Below, in pieces: positions 31,401-41,042 of a DNA stretch of 64,000 nucleotides (positions are counted from its first letter, which is position 1; each line of letters begins with the position of its first letter). The DNA is taken from IMG/VR virus record IMGVR_UViG_3300046779_002065, positions 64,276-128,275 of that record; one strand, given 5' to 3'. The notes under the pieces were generated by a model. That model saw only the letters and a program-made list of their open reading frames with translations, ran no database searches and had not been told where the DNA came from. This DNA comes from a virus. Position numbers and translations under genes: made by a program.

Positions 31401-33874
31401 AAATCTTCTCCTACATTTTCATTGACATCGGTAATAAGACGACGCGAATTATCCGTCACTGAAGGATCAGCAACGTCGTTAGAAACTTCTACACCGACAA
31501 AGCGATTCCGAAACATATTATTGATTCGGTGCGTTCCGCCAAACTGCATGAGCGTAGGATCTACATAATTGCTTCTATTAACGCGTCTGCGCTTGTTTCC
31601 CGCAATGTTTTCTACAGATTGGTTATATTCTCCCACCTGATCTACTTGAAGCGCGTAATCGCGGTATTTTGACAAAAGCGTAATTGCCTGCAAAATGTTT
31701 TCGTTGATCATGTCAAATGCGCTAATCGCAAAAGCACCGGCAGCAAGGAGTTGACCTGGCAGTAACGAATTAGTAGAGACACCCACCATACCGTTTACTC
31801 CAGGAGAAAGGACGGTGGTCATTGGAATGTCGTCAGTTCCGCCAACAGTTACAGGAGTTTCCGAAATAATAGCGTTTGCAATAGCAATACCTGAAAGAAT
31901 ACTTGCCGTAATCAATGCACCGTTGTTTAATAATCTAAACTTAGGATGCTGGTATACATATTTAAAACGACCCGTAGACGTACCGTGCTCCACATGATGA
32001 AGCTTTAACTCATAAGTGCTTAAATATGGATTTCTGAAGTTGGTATCCGGACTATGAAAAGAAAACATGTCTTTCCTGTACTCCGTAAGCGCATCGTTAG
32101 AAGTATCATCATCTCCTCGACCACTGCTGTAAAACTCATCAAACGTTCCGTATTTACGATGAAAGCGATCTGCTCCCAAATCATTGAACGGATAGTTTTG
32201 GTATAATCCTTTGCTGCTCTTTCCTGGAATGGAATACTCGCGCATGTTGTTAATGAGACCTTTAGCAACAATGGTTCTGTTCCCTTCACGGGTTCCACGC
32301 AGGATTTCATATCCTACAATCTCAGCAATCGGATTACCAAAGAAATCAAGAGGATGTTCGATGCTTTCAAAGCGTACGCCCAGTACACGGATATTCTGAC
32401 CACCCTGGTCATGAATATTGGTAACGTCCGATCCATCTGTATAGGTATCTGGAAAACGGTGATGACGAATCTTCTTACCACACAGGTCTCCCCAGATTTG
32501 AGGTTTGTCTGCCGGGTATTGTTCCGTAGACTCCCAGTATCCCATGTCTCCTTCGGCAAGAACATACCCGCTGTCTGCCGCAGTAAGTCCTGGCGATAAA
32601 GCTGTCACGGTAGCAGTATTACGAACCTGCCATTCTTCTTTTTCTACACCGGTGTCTAGCACATCTCCATCAGTGGGAGACACTAACTTACGATCCACAG
32701 CATCAACCGGTGGACGTCCTGGTATGTGATAGCTGGCACTTTTGTGTCCGGTATTATACACCCAGCGAATGAAAAACGCATACTGCTCATCACGCATGTA
32801 ACTCATGATGTGTCCGCCTTTTACGTAATAATCACTTGGGTATTCTACACTCACCCACTTTGCGCGTATTTTATTTGCCAGTGGTTGGTAGTTAAAATCA
32901 GGTTTTGTAGTTACACCACTACGAAGAAGGTATCCGTTGAGCGAAAACATTTTACTACTCTTCTCATACACATTGTTCAGAAGAGGAATCAGTCGGTATG
33001 GAATGACTTCCAAAGACGCTGAATAGTTATCCAGTTGCACGGTCTTTTGAGACGTGCTGTAGTTTCCGATTTTACGCGCTGTAACGTTTTGGTTAATAAA
33101 ACCAATCATGACCAGTTCATACTCGTCAAACTGATCGTCCAGGTTTTCAATAACCACTTCCAGGGATCCCGCAACGTTTTCGTGCGTAAAGAGTCCCTGT
33201 GCATTGGAGGGTGTAAAATAATCCGTCACACGTAATCCATTCACCGAGTAAGCAACAGCTGCCTGGTAGGTGCCGTTTGGAAGCTGACCTGCTCCTTTAC
33301 CTTTTCGAAGGTCAATGCATGGACTTTTTAAATGAGGGTGTAATAAAAGCTTTTCGCAATCCAGTTGGGTACTGTACACCTTTGTCAAGCATCCTGGATT
33401 GTTTGGATCTTCTTTAACGGTGTATTTGTACGGAACGTGACTGAGGTTCATGAAGCGGTCCGGATTGAGTCCGTCTGCCCAGTATGCTGAATAGGTGCAG
33501 TCATAGTTTGATTTTACAGCACCTGTGATCAGGTTGCTCTTCTTAAAACCAAGACAGCGGTCATTAGCCAGTTTTACGTATTTGCAGGTTGCTTCCTGGA
33601 GAATACCAATCTCGCTGTCCGTGTCATTGGTTGACATGATCAACCATTCTCCCGGTTGAATGTCCAACACCCCGATGATGTCATAGGGAGCTGTAATGCA
33701 CAACTCATTACTTTGTTCGTTACCGAGTACACCCTGTTCTCCTAAATGAGAATTGTTGACTGCGTTACGTGCGTGTGTCCACAGACCATCTCCAACGAAA
33801 GAATCGTTGAGGTCTTTGAGCATCCCTTTGTTAAAGGAGTTGACTGAATTTATAGGATTAGATTGGGTAGGCAT
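28466..33874 (-). CDS. Tail muzzle / tail stabilisation protein
   Basis: 1802 aa. N-terminal FNKGMLKD...ARNAVN and C-terminal WTISYDP..KMWISFHDW are typical of P22 gp10-like/crAss muzzle proteins. Follows the ring genes. Confidence 0.8.
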   Translation of the reverse strand: MPTQSNPINSVNSFNKGMLKDLNDSFVGDGLWTHARNAVNNSHLGEQGVLGNEQSNELCITAPYDIIGVLDIQPGEWLIMSTNDTDSEIGILQEATCKYVKLANDRCLGFKKSNLITGAVKSNYDCTYSAYWADGLNPDRFMNLSHVPYKYTVKEDPNNPGCLTKVYSTQLDCEKLLLHPHLKSPCIDLRKGKGAGQLPNGTYQAAVAYSVNGLRVTDYFTPSNAQGLFTHENVAGSLEVVIENLDDQFDEYELVMIGFINQNVTARKIGNYSTSQKTVQLDNYSASLEVIPYRLIPLLNNVYEKSSKMFSLNGYLLRSGVTTKPDFNYQPLANKIRAKWVSVEYPSDYYVKGGHIMSYMRDEQYAFFIRWVYNTGHKSASYHIPGRPPVDAVDRKLVSPTDGDVLDTGVEKEEWQVRNTATVTALSPGLTAADSGYVLAEGDMGYWESTEQYPADKPQIWGDLCGKKIRHHRFPDTYTDGSDVTNIHDQGGQNIRVLGVRFESIEHPLDFFGNPIAEIVGYEILRGTREGNRTIVAKGLINNMREYSIPGKSSKGLYQNYPFNDLGADRFHRKYGTFDEFYSSGRGDDDTSNDALTEYRKDMFSFHSPDTNFRNPYLSTYELKLHHVEHGTSTGRFKYVYQHPKFRLLNNGALITASILSGIAIANAIISETPVTVGGTDDIPMTTVLSPGVNGMVGVSTNSLLPGQLLAAGAFAISAFDMINENILQAITLLSKYRDYALQVDQVGEYNQSVENIAGNKRRRVNRSNYVDPTLMQFGGTHRINNMFRNRFVGVEVSNDVADPSVTDNSRRLITDVNENVGEDFTTTVSSYYTSLKVDFQNQYGQIANISQVPVTQCVYSTEPLKRKKFSSPVIFGGDIYINRYTEKNSMFFFNTNACGYPDGTTFDYRTNVNIPFPRYWVDSNKYEGLLGGNNGDILNYPSDYRSLNRKSGNGFTFSVKNAYFYLFNSGVREFFVESEVNLAHRDWGERMSERHYDRYTFTSTDELFRSDIVATGNYYKYDYSLSFSKSIQQYGSWGYVLPSLYDPYVSQTCFANREKRVLYSLQRQAEGVKDNWRVYLANNYKDFNSRVSAIKAINKTGAIILYEDAEPTQFVGVDQLQTDAGTKITIGDGGLFNQALQSLVNADDTMQYGSCLSGRSAVNTPHGTFYVSEETGKILNYTGSGLDEISRNGMNYWFQKYLPSKLLQRYPNFRGIDNPVAGIGAQTVYDPQYELVYFSKVDYIPLNPEVKYDPDYGFYTEYPVTVKVPGETTIGCAAGYTLKTTPSGVKFCEKIETVTATEVPTSYSVTPYQRPDWGYLGTAVYDTGWNSNGTGAGHTPGILNTNGYSVIPYSNTFWYNTTYTLNPVNRLSVWDASGITTPGERGFSFNVCINQTKTYYVALTGDNKFTLKIDGNIILEADAAQMCENHNINPSDGRIQFQRLHIYPIEIEAGNHLLELIGWNQSGSVGMIGAEIYDNTASEIIAATSYSMLNVIFTTRDKTTFTANNYICPLDYTLGLASNCTTPICRRVLTAPVQEVTLPDTEKVVYKRRHVTLDDPQYFTRCSWTISYDPKNKMWISFHDWHPDLMIQPHEHFMTVKGPSVYKHNKRWDSYCNFYGVDYPFEVEFPTSTANTITTIRNGEYVLENYIFSNDGMSAHEVLDHNFDQAVVYNNEQISGALNLVLKPKSDPIGMLTYPRINANNIDILFSKEENTYRFNQFWDITKDRGEFTTTRTPMWLTDCNGYVRKINSDYVNYNKAPLERKKFRHYADRFILIRKISGNVKMLLKMFTTKKLHSPR

Positions 33875-33888
33875 TTAGGTTCTAAGAG

Positions 33889-34977
33889 TTAAGACTTAAA
33901 CATGTCGATGTACTTACTGGAAAGTGCTCGACGGTTCATTTCCCAGACATGACGCATTTCTTCAAAGTCAGGAGTGTTTACATAAGAAATGGCATTGTTG
34001 CGTGCAGCACGCATACGCATCTCTGTCATTTGGAGCAACGCACTGGTATTTTCTCCGGCATACATCATGTTTTCCAACACGCGCTGCTTTAGTGCATATT
34101 CGTAGTATTCGTTTACACGCTCCTGATCCATGACCAACAAGTTTCCGTCGTCATCTTCCATCAGGGACTGGTAGTTCAAATACACGGTTCCTTCATCGAT
34201 GTTCATGTCCAGGAACCCGTTTTTCAGTGCTGCCCTGTAAGGAGACGCTACGGCATGGTTCATGCACTCCGGTTGTACGTGCTTGCTTTTTTCAATCTGC
34301 AGGCGTACCGGGTGTTCATAAGAAGTTACACTGTGCAACTTTCTGTCAATGATCTTGGGACCTTCCGGTGTCCAGTCTAAATGCGTGGAACAGGTAGATT
34401 CACCTACGTTCCATTCAGCGGTACCAACACCGATGATAACCATACGAACGTTCATGATCGCAACATCCGCGTGGATCTGCACACGGTTTAAATCCACCGC
34501 TGTGTACTCAAACGCCAGGTTGGGTTCACCATCTTTGTGTAATTGGACAATGACGTCCATGGTACCCAGATTATGGGTAATTTCGTTTTCACCGGCAGAC
34601 AAGCTCACCGTTTTTAAGTATGTGGGAAGACGGTGTTTTTCCACCATGTCTTCCAGTTCATGGATCTTGTACTTAAGCAGGTTTTCACGAACCACCGCAA
34701 AGGTAGCTCCAGGTGTGTCCCAGGTCTTCTTTCCTTCACAGAGTACTGCAAAGTTCAGCACATGAAAATCCAATGGGAGTTTTGCTTTTCCCTTGTGAAC
34801 TTCAATGAGTTTTTCCCTGTTAGGATTAACCTTCAGACCAAGTTCGTAGTTGATATTGCGAGCGACTTTGATCAGTGCTTGCGGTTCAATCTGTCCTTCT
34901 GCGTCCTGGACACGCAGGTCCAAACGTACGCTGTCAAGCAGATCGTCAAAGGTTCTGTATTTAACTTCAGTCTTCAT
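33889..34977 (-). CDS. Tail ring/tubular protein with an inserted beta domain
   Basis: 362 aa. C-terminal Y..KNGFL..N..EGTVYLNY...DDDGNLLV pattern of crAss ring proteins. Contains an ITHNLG insertion. Confidence 0.6.
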   Translation of the reverse strand: MKTEVKYRTFDDLLDSVRLDLRVQDAEGQIEPQALIKVARNINYELGLKVNPNREKLIEVHKGKAKLPLDFHVLNFAVLCEGKKTWDTPGATFAVVRENLLKYKIHELEDMVEKHRLPTYLKTVSLSAGENEITHNLGTMDVIVQLHKDGEPNLAFEYTAVDLNRVQIHADVAIMNVRMVIIGVGTAEWNVGESTCSTHLDWTPEGPKIIDRKLHSVTSYEHPVRLQIEKSKHVQPECMNHAVASPYRAALKNGFLDMNIDEGTVYLNYQSLMEDDDGNLLVMDQERVNEYYEYALKQRVLENMMYAGENTSALLQMTEMRMRAARNNAISYVNTPDFEEMRHVWEMNRRALSSKYIDMFKS

Positions 34978-34980
34978 GGA

Positions 34981-35655
34981 TTACGGACGCATAATGTGTT
35001 TGTTGTCTTCCTGTGTATCACCAGGGATTGAAAGCGTTGTGCTCAGTTCTTTAAGTACGTTTGATTCCATTTCAGCAAAGAGGTACTCCGGAATCGGCAT
35101 ATTTGCATCCTGGCGGTACTGACAATCGTCTTTTGTATCACAGTTGAATTTGCTGATGTCATCCTCAAACAATGCTTCCAGGCGGATAGCATCCCACTCT
35201 ACGTTAGGCAGGTACAGGTGACCATCCAGAAACCAGGCATACTTGTGCTTGTTGTATTTAAAGAGTTTGGTTCTCGCCATTTGCTCCCAGTTCCTGGAAG
35301 AGGTAAGCAATACTTCCTGGGAATTGTCCAGGGAACTAATGCTGCGGATGAGCGGACCATAGTACCCCTCTACAATGCGAGGTAGCTTTTCCTTTGTTCG
35401 TTTGAATGTGCAATCCGTAGAAATGCAACGACACTGTGCTTCTACAGCACTGACATCGATTAAGTCAACGACGTCCAACGCCTGAAAGGAGTGGAACAGA
35501 CGCATGATCTTATTGCCGCCGTCTTCACGACGGATTAACCACTTGGCGTGCTTCATCGCCATACTGTAGAGAAAACGATCCGTAAGGAACGCATCCTGCG
35601 CAGTCGACTTGACTTGGTTACGTAAGCGATTAGTTATTTCACCTATGGTGTTCAT
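34981..35655 (-). CDS. Tail ring/adaptor structural protein
   Basis: 224 aa with a YAWFLDGHLYL...IRLEALFED pattern. Synteny with crAss tail genes. Confidence 0.6.
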   Translation of the reverse strand: MNTIGEITNRLRNQVKSTAQDAFLTDRFLYSMAMKHAKWLIRREDGGNKIMRLFHSFQALDVVDLIDVSAVEAQCRCISTDCTFKRTKEKLPRIVEGYYGPLIRSISSLDNSQEVLLTSSRNWEQMARTKLFKYNKHKYAWFLDGHLYLPNVEWDAIRLEALFEDDISKFNCDTKDDCQYRQDANMPIPEYLFAEMESNVLKELSTTLSIPGDTQEDNKHIMRP

Positions 35656-35663
35656 GATAGCGT

Positions 35664-36245
35664 TTAAATCTCTAGATCATTGTAGGTCTGGAGTTGTTCT
35701 TTGGTTTTCTTAATGACATACTCCTTTGCCTTCTGTTTGCGATAGAGCGCACTGATCTTCAGTGTGTGATCTATCAGCATGTAACGTTTCCAGTTTTCCG
35801 GAAATGTTTTTGCTACTGCCCGTTTGAATTGACGGATGGGAGTGAATCCCCAGAGTTCGTGGTGTTTGAACCTGTATTTGCTGGAGTAGTTGGTGTAGAA
35901 AATCTTTGCAATGTAATTGTCTGATTCCCAATTACGGTGCTGAATGACTTGAAGAAAATCCAGCGTCTTCTTGAAGTCTACGTTCTTTTTCACTTTAGGT
36001 TGACAGGTTCCGATGAACACCGTACCTAATTGCTCAGGTAATTCAATTCCGTCGCGCAGTTCAATGACGCTTTCCCAAATCAGACCATTGCAGTCGGTCA
36101 GGAAGCTTTTGATTTGCTTGTCGCTCAGGTCCCGGAGTTCGGGAACTTCCTTGCGGATGTGGTCATAACAATCTTTATTGAGGGTGTTATAAACGCCTAG
36201 ACGAAATCGAGGAGCTGTGAGGTCTGGTTTTCTTGCTTGTTTCAC
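35664..36245 (-). CDS. HU/IHF-like protein of the crAss structural module
   Basis: 193 aa, basic, GTG start. GIELPEQLGTVFI resembles the IHF beta arm. Confidence 0.6.
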   Translation of the reverse strand: MKQARKPDLTAPRFRLGVYNTLNKDCYDHIRKEVPELRDLSDKQIKSFLTDCNGLIWESVIELRDGIELPEQLGTVFIGTCQPKVKKNVDFKKTLDFLQVIQHRNWESDNYIAKIFYTNYSSKYRFKHHELWGFTPIRQFKRAVAKTFPENWKRYMLIDHTLKISALYRKQKAKEYVIKKTKEQLQTYNDLEI

Positions 36246-36290
36246 AAATATCCTACATTAAAAATTTACGAAAAAAAAGGCAGATTATCA

Positions 36291-37535
36291 TCACTTTCTA
36301 ATGATGTGGTTGAACTCTCCCAGCTTACCAAGGGAGTCATCATGTAATTCAAGAATTGCGGCGCGTTTATTTCCGGTAAACTTATTGTGATAATGCCAGT
36401 AGTCGGTGTGACTGAGCGATGGTAATATTTTAATCGAAAAACCATGTTCTTCATTTTCGGTTACGTATTCAGTTGTTTTCTTTTTATGAAAGTGTCCGGT
36501 ATATAATGTGCGGTATTGACTGTTTCCCCATTCTCTTGGAAACTCTGTAGCATACACCAGTGGTGTGTCTTTTTTGGAAACATCCCCGTGCTCAAAGCAA
36601 AACATGTTTACACCGACGGTGTGAACTTTACGTTCAGCATACTCGACATCAAAAGAGATATTTGGAATACCGTGAAAAGATCTGCTCAATGCATGCACTA
36701 AATGGTAGCTGGAGAGACGGTCGTGATTACCTGGAATGTACAGAACCTTCAGATGAGAAACGTATTGCTGGATTTGCTGGATAGCTTTGTGCATCGCCTC
36801 AAAAGCAGCTAGGTAAACATCTTGTGCAGGTGCAGCATTGTCAACAGGAGTTCCTTTGGTTGTAGTACCCAGGAACGTATCCATGTTTAAGAGGTCTCCA
36901 CCTACCACAAAGATAAGTTCTTTGATGTGATAATTGTTTGCACCTTTTAACAAAAGATCATGAATGCAACGCTGGAGTAGTTCATCCATATCTTCGTTAC
37001 CAGGTTTACCAAAGTGCATGTCTTGCAAAGACAGAACTCCAGTAACAAATTCCTTTGTTTCATTGATATATTGAGTTGTTTTAGGTGGGGTGTACTTTGG
37101 AAGTTTGACCTTAGAAAGTTGTTCAAGAAAGTTGCTCTCTGCAATCTCATGTCCAGGAAGACGGGAGACCAGTGCGCTGACATGCCAGGCACCTGCTTTC
37201 TCTTTATTCCAGTACTGTGACAATTTCCACTGACTGGTGTCAATTTTTAATAACCTGATAATATCTTCAGCACTGCGCGGCTGCACTGCCGTTACAACAG
37301 AGAGTCTATTGGTTCCTTCTTCAAGGTTACAGAAGTCTTCGCTAACAAGATCTTTATCAAATTTTTCATTACCTTCTAAGTAAGCATAGATGTGCTTCTT
37401 AAAATGCTTCATCATTTTCAATACCTCATGTTTCTTTTTGATATAATCCGAAAGAGGTAATCCTAAAATCTCTGCACCACGTTCATTGGAGGTTTTTTTG
37501 CAGATGATTTTGTAAACTTTTATGTTTATATGCAT
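36291..37535 (-). CDS. Calcineurin-like metallophosphoesterase
   Basis: All five motifs are present in order: DMH, GGD, GNHD, HGD, GHFH. Confidence 0.88.
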   Translation of the reverse strand: MHINIKVYKIICKKTSNERGAEILGLPLSDYIKKKHEVLKMMKHFKKHIYAYLEGNEKFDKDLVSEDFCNLEEGTNRLSVVTAVQPRSAEDIIRLLKIDTSQWKLSQYWNKEKAGAWHVSALVSRLPGHEIAESNFLEQLSKVKLPKYTPPKTTQYINETKEFVTGVLSLQDMHFGKPGNEDMDELLQRCIHDLLLKGANNYHIKELIFVVGGDLLNMDTFLGTTTKGTPVDNAAPAQDVYLAAFEAMHKAIQQIQQYVSHLKVLYIPGNHDRLSSYHLVHALSRSFHGIPNISFDVEYAERKVHTVGVNMFCFEHGDVSKKDTPLVYATEFPREWGNSQYRTLYTGHFHKKKTTEYVTENEEHGFSIKILPSLSHTDYWHYHNKFTGNKRAAILELHDDSLGKLGEFNHIIRK

Positions 37536-37598
37536 AAGGTCTTAAGCAAAGTTCGACTGAGAGTGCGGCGGTTGGTTGTAATTGTTGATTAAATGTTG

Positions 37599-37631
37599 AA
37601 AAATACAAACCCCGATATTTCTACCGGGGTT
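37599..37631 (-). terminator. Intrinsic terminator
   Basis: Minus strand AACCCCGGTA-GAAA-TATCGGGGTT followed by TGTATTTTT. Confidence 0.75.
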
Positions 37632-37689
37632 GCATAGCAGGGTCATTTTCAGGTAAACCAACAAACCAAAAACTTCCCCGCACGATTTT

Positions 37690-38307
37690 TTATGAAATGG
37701 ATGTCACGCAGCTGATACCTACATTGTAACTATCGTTTATTGGACTCGATAGGTTTGCTGGTCCGGCTTCAATAACCAGTTTGTAGTAGGTGACGCCTGG
37801 AGTACGCGCAATATTTAAGATACCGTTTGTTGCTCCAGACAAGGAAGATCCCCACGGACCTGCATACGAGGCGACACCTTTCCATCCGGTAGTTGCTACC
37901 AGGTTGCCGCTGTCGTCATAGACGCTAAAGCGGTTAGGTCTGTCTACCGCGTCGTAGCTGATGTTGAGCTGTGTAATGGCAGGATTAAAGCAGTCAATGT
38001 ATATCGCAGGATAGCTGTATGCATTTGAACCGGTGTAGGAATTGCTAAGGGATGCTCCGCACTGTACAAAAGAATAAGGAGACGCAGAACTAAACGCAGT
38101 GACTGCACTAAAGACACCATCAGCACAAGAAGCTTCAATGGTACCCTCATAGCTGACACCGTTTTCCAATCCAGTAATTTCCACAGGAGAAGAGGTTGGG
38201 TATGGAGATACCGTGTTCCAGGCGGTTGCACCCACTTTTCGATATTTAACCCTGTATCCTCCTGAAGGTGCAGGAGAGGGTGCTGTAAATGATACCGTTA
38301 ATTTCAT
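37690..38307 (-). CDS. Fibronectin type III domain virion protein
   Basis: GYRVKYRK...ITGLENGVSYEGTIEASC FN3 signature plus a second beta domain. Confidence 0.75.
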   Translation of the reverse strand: MKLTVSFTAPSPAPSGGYRVKYRKVGATAWNTVSPYPTSSPVEITGLENGVSYEGTIEASCADGVFSAVTAFSSASPYSFVQCGASLSNSYTGSNAYSYPAIYIDCFNPAITQLNISYDAVDRPNRFSVYDDSGNLVATTGWKGVASYAGPWGSSLSGATNGILNIARTPGVTYYKLVIEAGPANLSSPINDSYNVGISCVTSIS

Positions 38308-38311
38308 GATG

Positions 38312-38875
38312 TTATGATAATGAGGCGGTCACCGAAGTCGGAGTGCCACAGGTTGGAGCGACTGTTAGAAAATCAAATGTTGCGCAGTTTGTCAATGCAT
38401 ACGTTCCGACATAAGGAGTAATCATTATAACGTACACTGTCGCAGCTGTCAAACCCGTAAAGGTGTGACTGACTGTAGAACCCCCGGTAAATGGTCCGGT
38501 TTTATCTACGCTTGTGATTAACGTCAAGGGAGTCGTATTTGCGTATAATTTGATATTATACTTGGATACTTCCCCTCCTAAATGAGGAAACGATACGGTA
38601 GTAGATGTCGATGTTGGTGCGTTTGACGGGGTCACACACGTTTGATTAATTCCTTCTACATTGAAGGAAGCAATTTCACCACCGCTACAAAGGTTAACCA
38701 CCCGGAACTCATAGACCGTGTTATCAGCCAGTCCCGTAATAGTAGCAGTGTTCACGGTAGCACTGACAGTAGAAAACACTGTCCAGGATCCACCAACAGA
38801 TTTAACGCGGTATTCAACACGCTGCCCGGTAGAGGTTCCACCGGCAGGAGTCCAGTTTATAGTTGCACTTGCCAT
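38312..38875 (-). CDS. Tandem FN3 domain virion protein
   Basis: INWT...ITGLADNTVYEFRV and FTGLTAATVY. Confidence 0.78.
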   Translation of the reverse strand: MASATINWTPAGGTSTGQRVEYRVKSVGGSWTVFSTVSATVNTATITGLADNTVYEFRVVNLCSGGEIASFNVEGINQTCVTPSNAPTSTSTTVSFPHLGGEVSKYNIKLYANTTPLTLITSVDKTGPFTGGSTVSHTFTGLTAATVYVIMITPYVGTYALTNCATFDFLTVAPTCGTPTSVTASLS

Positions 38876-38877
38876 GA

Positions 38878-39534
38878 TTAGCTAAAAGTTAAAGTTGGGG
38901 TTGAAGGAGCATCACAGGTTGCAGGAGTAACAGGAGTCAGCGTAGTAAAGTCTATAGCTTCACTCCAAGAACTTTCGCTGCCATCTGAACAAACAGTCTT
39001 AAGACGTACCAAGAAATCAGAAGTTCCATTAAGTCCGGTAATGTTAACAGACACTGTTGATCCGCTAGGGTTTGCAATCAAACCGCCGATCTGGGTATAC
39101 TCTCCACTGGTCTCTTTAAGTTCCAGGTAGTATCCGGATACTCCGGCAATTTTTGCCCAGCTTACGGTAGCACCTGTAGCCGTTACGTTACTGATCACAA
39201 TTCCTGAAGGAATGTCACACAGTGTAATGGTGTTACAATCCACTGAACAAACAATTTGAGCAAACAACGTTTTAAGAGATTCGTTATCACGAATCATACG
39301 CAATAGTCCGCGAACAAATTCTTCGTTATAGCAGGTCCCCAGTTTATGGATCACTTCCTCTAAACGATCTCCGGTTTCAATTTGACGACATTCAATGGGT
39401 GCACCACTGTAGCGTATGCAGGAGGCGTCATATATTTCTACACATTTCTCTCCAGAGCAATTCGGAGGTGCAGGTTGTTCTACTGACGGTGTCTTTTGAC
39501 ACTCGTGGCAGTAATCATTAGGATAGATAGACAT
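38878..39534 (-). CDS. Cys-rich fibre-like protein with an FN3 domain
   Basis: N-terminal CIRYSGAPIEC motif shared with the 497-aa neighbour (CVVWNGPDIPC). C-terminal ATVSW...ITGL...VRLKTVC. Confidence 0.65.
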   Translation of the reverse strand: MSIYPNDYCHECQKTPSVEQPAPPNCSGEKCVEIYDASCIRYSGAPIECRQIETGDRLEEVIHKLGTCYNEEFVRGLLRMIRDNESLKTLFAQIVCSVDCNTITLCDIPSGIVISNVTATGATVSWAKIAGVSGYYLELKETSGEYTQIGGLIANPSGSTVSVNITGLNGTSDFLVRLKTVCSDGSESSWSEAIDFTTLTPVTPATCDAPSTPTLTFS

Positions 39535-39548
39535 TGCTTAGGATATTA

Positions 39549-41042
39549 TTAAGATACAGTGACAATTTTAATAGCAGCAGTTGCAGCACCACAGGTTCCA
39601 GCATAGGTAGGGAATACTTCTACTTTGTAGCTTCCCACACTCAAACCACTTAGAGATGTTGATACACCGGTAATGTTGTTTGAACTAACCAGGCTATAGA
39701 CACCTGAAACATCTTTGTAAACATTCACCGTGTAGAAACTTACAGGTACACCGATACCGGTTGGTGCAGTGTAGCTGATAGCAATCGTTCCAGCTCCAGG
39801 AGTGGTAGTCAATGCAGTTACCGGATTTTTGATACAAGGAAGAACGATTGTTTTAGTGCTGACTTTAGAGCAGGTAGACGACCCATTGACAATGTTTGCT
39901 TCCAGCGTCACTGTCAAATCCTTGGTAGTATCAATACCGTTTGACGTCAAGTTTACAAGAGTACCAGAAGAGTTTCCAGTCAATGCAACAAGATCTACGC
40001 TGACAGTATATGAATTTGTACCATCGCTGATGACAAAACGGTTTACTGTTCCATTTGACCATCCTGTAGGAATACTCATAAACCCGTAGGTTTTAAGCGT
40101 TGCCTGGGTTCTGTCTGTGCTGTAGGAGAAACTAAAATCAGGTTTGAAGTTATCGCACGCACTGTTTTTAGAAGTGATCATCAGCGTTGAGACCGCACTG
40201 CGCATGTCGCAAACAGTTAACCATAGGTTACTCATTGCATCCGCTCCGTTTACAGGAGTTGCGCTCCAGCCAGAGATGCTGCTCATAATACCCGTACCGG
40301 TTAGCTTATCGCTTGCCGCCAGACCTGCACATTGTTTTGCTACAGCTGCGCTGATTTGAGACGCTGTTCCGGTTGCTCCACGAAGTGCACAGAATGCTTC
40401 TTCAATCGCTTCTACAGCCGCATCAATGTCAGTGAGTCCACTACCAAGACAGGTCATATTCACCTGGGTAATTCCACCGGCACCTGTTATTGCTGCTTGT
40501 AAATCAGCTACATCCTGTTCCAGGGAACTTACACGGGTGTCCAGAGAGTTTACTGTGCTGTTGATAGCACATACTTTGTTTGCCACCAGGTACACGTATT
40601 CGTCTACCGGTAAACTTACAATGGTAGTCGATCCAGATGCATATTGAAGACATGCTGGAAGGTTTACCACAGGAAGTGTTTGTGTACCTCCGTTGCTGTC
40701 GTTTCCGCCGCCGTCGTTGATTAAATCCTGAAGGTTACAAACCTTGTTGATCAATAACTGAAGGACAATGCGAAGCGTCTTCTGTGGTTCAGGACAAGTG
40801 TTGCAGGATTCTACCAGGCAGCTTAAGTCCAGGGTAGAAAGGTTTAACTGCTCGGCAAGCTCACAGTGAGCTTTACCTAACTTGTAAACAACATCTTCAA
40901 TAGAATCTCCATGACAAAGATTCAAGCAAGGAATGTCCGGACCGTTCCAGACAACACAGCGAGAAGAGGTTTTTACGCAAGCAGCTTCTTTATTATGATC
41001 AATAGGTTTCATATTCAGTTTAAAGGGTTTGGATCCATTCAC
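39549..41042 (-). CDS. Cys-rich tail fibre/spike-like protein
   Basis: 497 aa with Cys-rich repeats, a coiled coil (VNSLDTRVSSLEQDVADLQ) and C-terminal Ig/FN3-like domains. Confidence 0.6.
   Translation of the reverse strand: MNGSKPFKLNMKPIDHNKEAACVKTSSRCVVWNGPDIPCLNLCHGDSIEDVVYKLGKAHCELAEQLNLSTLDLSCLVESCNTCPEPQKTLRIVLQLLINKVCNLQDLINDGGGNDSNGGTQTLPVVNLPACLQYASGSTTIVSLPVDEYVYLVANKVCAINSTVNSLDTRVSSLEQDVADLQAAITGAGGITQVNMTCLGSGLTDIDAAVEAIEEAFCALRGATGTASQISAAVAKQCAGLAASDKLTGTGIMSSISGWSATPVNGADAMSNLWLTVCDMRSAVSTLMITSKNSACDNFKPDFSFSYSTDRTQATLKTYGFMSIPTGWSNGTVNRFVISDGTNSYTVSVDLVALTGNSSGTLVNLTSNGIDTTKDLTVTLEANIVNGSSTCSKVSTKTIVLPCIKNPVTALTTTPGAGTIAISYTAPTGIGVPVSFYTVNVYKDVSGVYSLVSSNNITGVSTSLSGLSVGSYKVEVFPTYAGTCGAATAAIKIVTVS

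Noticed and set aside
37690-41042. Diversity-generating retroelement targeting fibre genes
   Set aside because: No reverse transcriptase and no TR/VR repeat pair are visible in the window.
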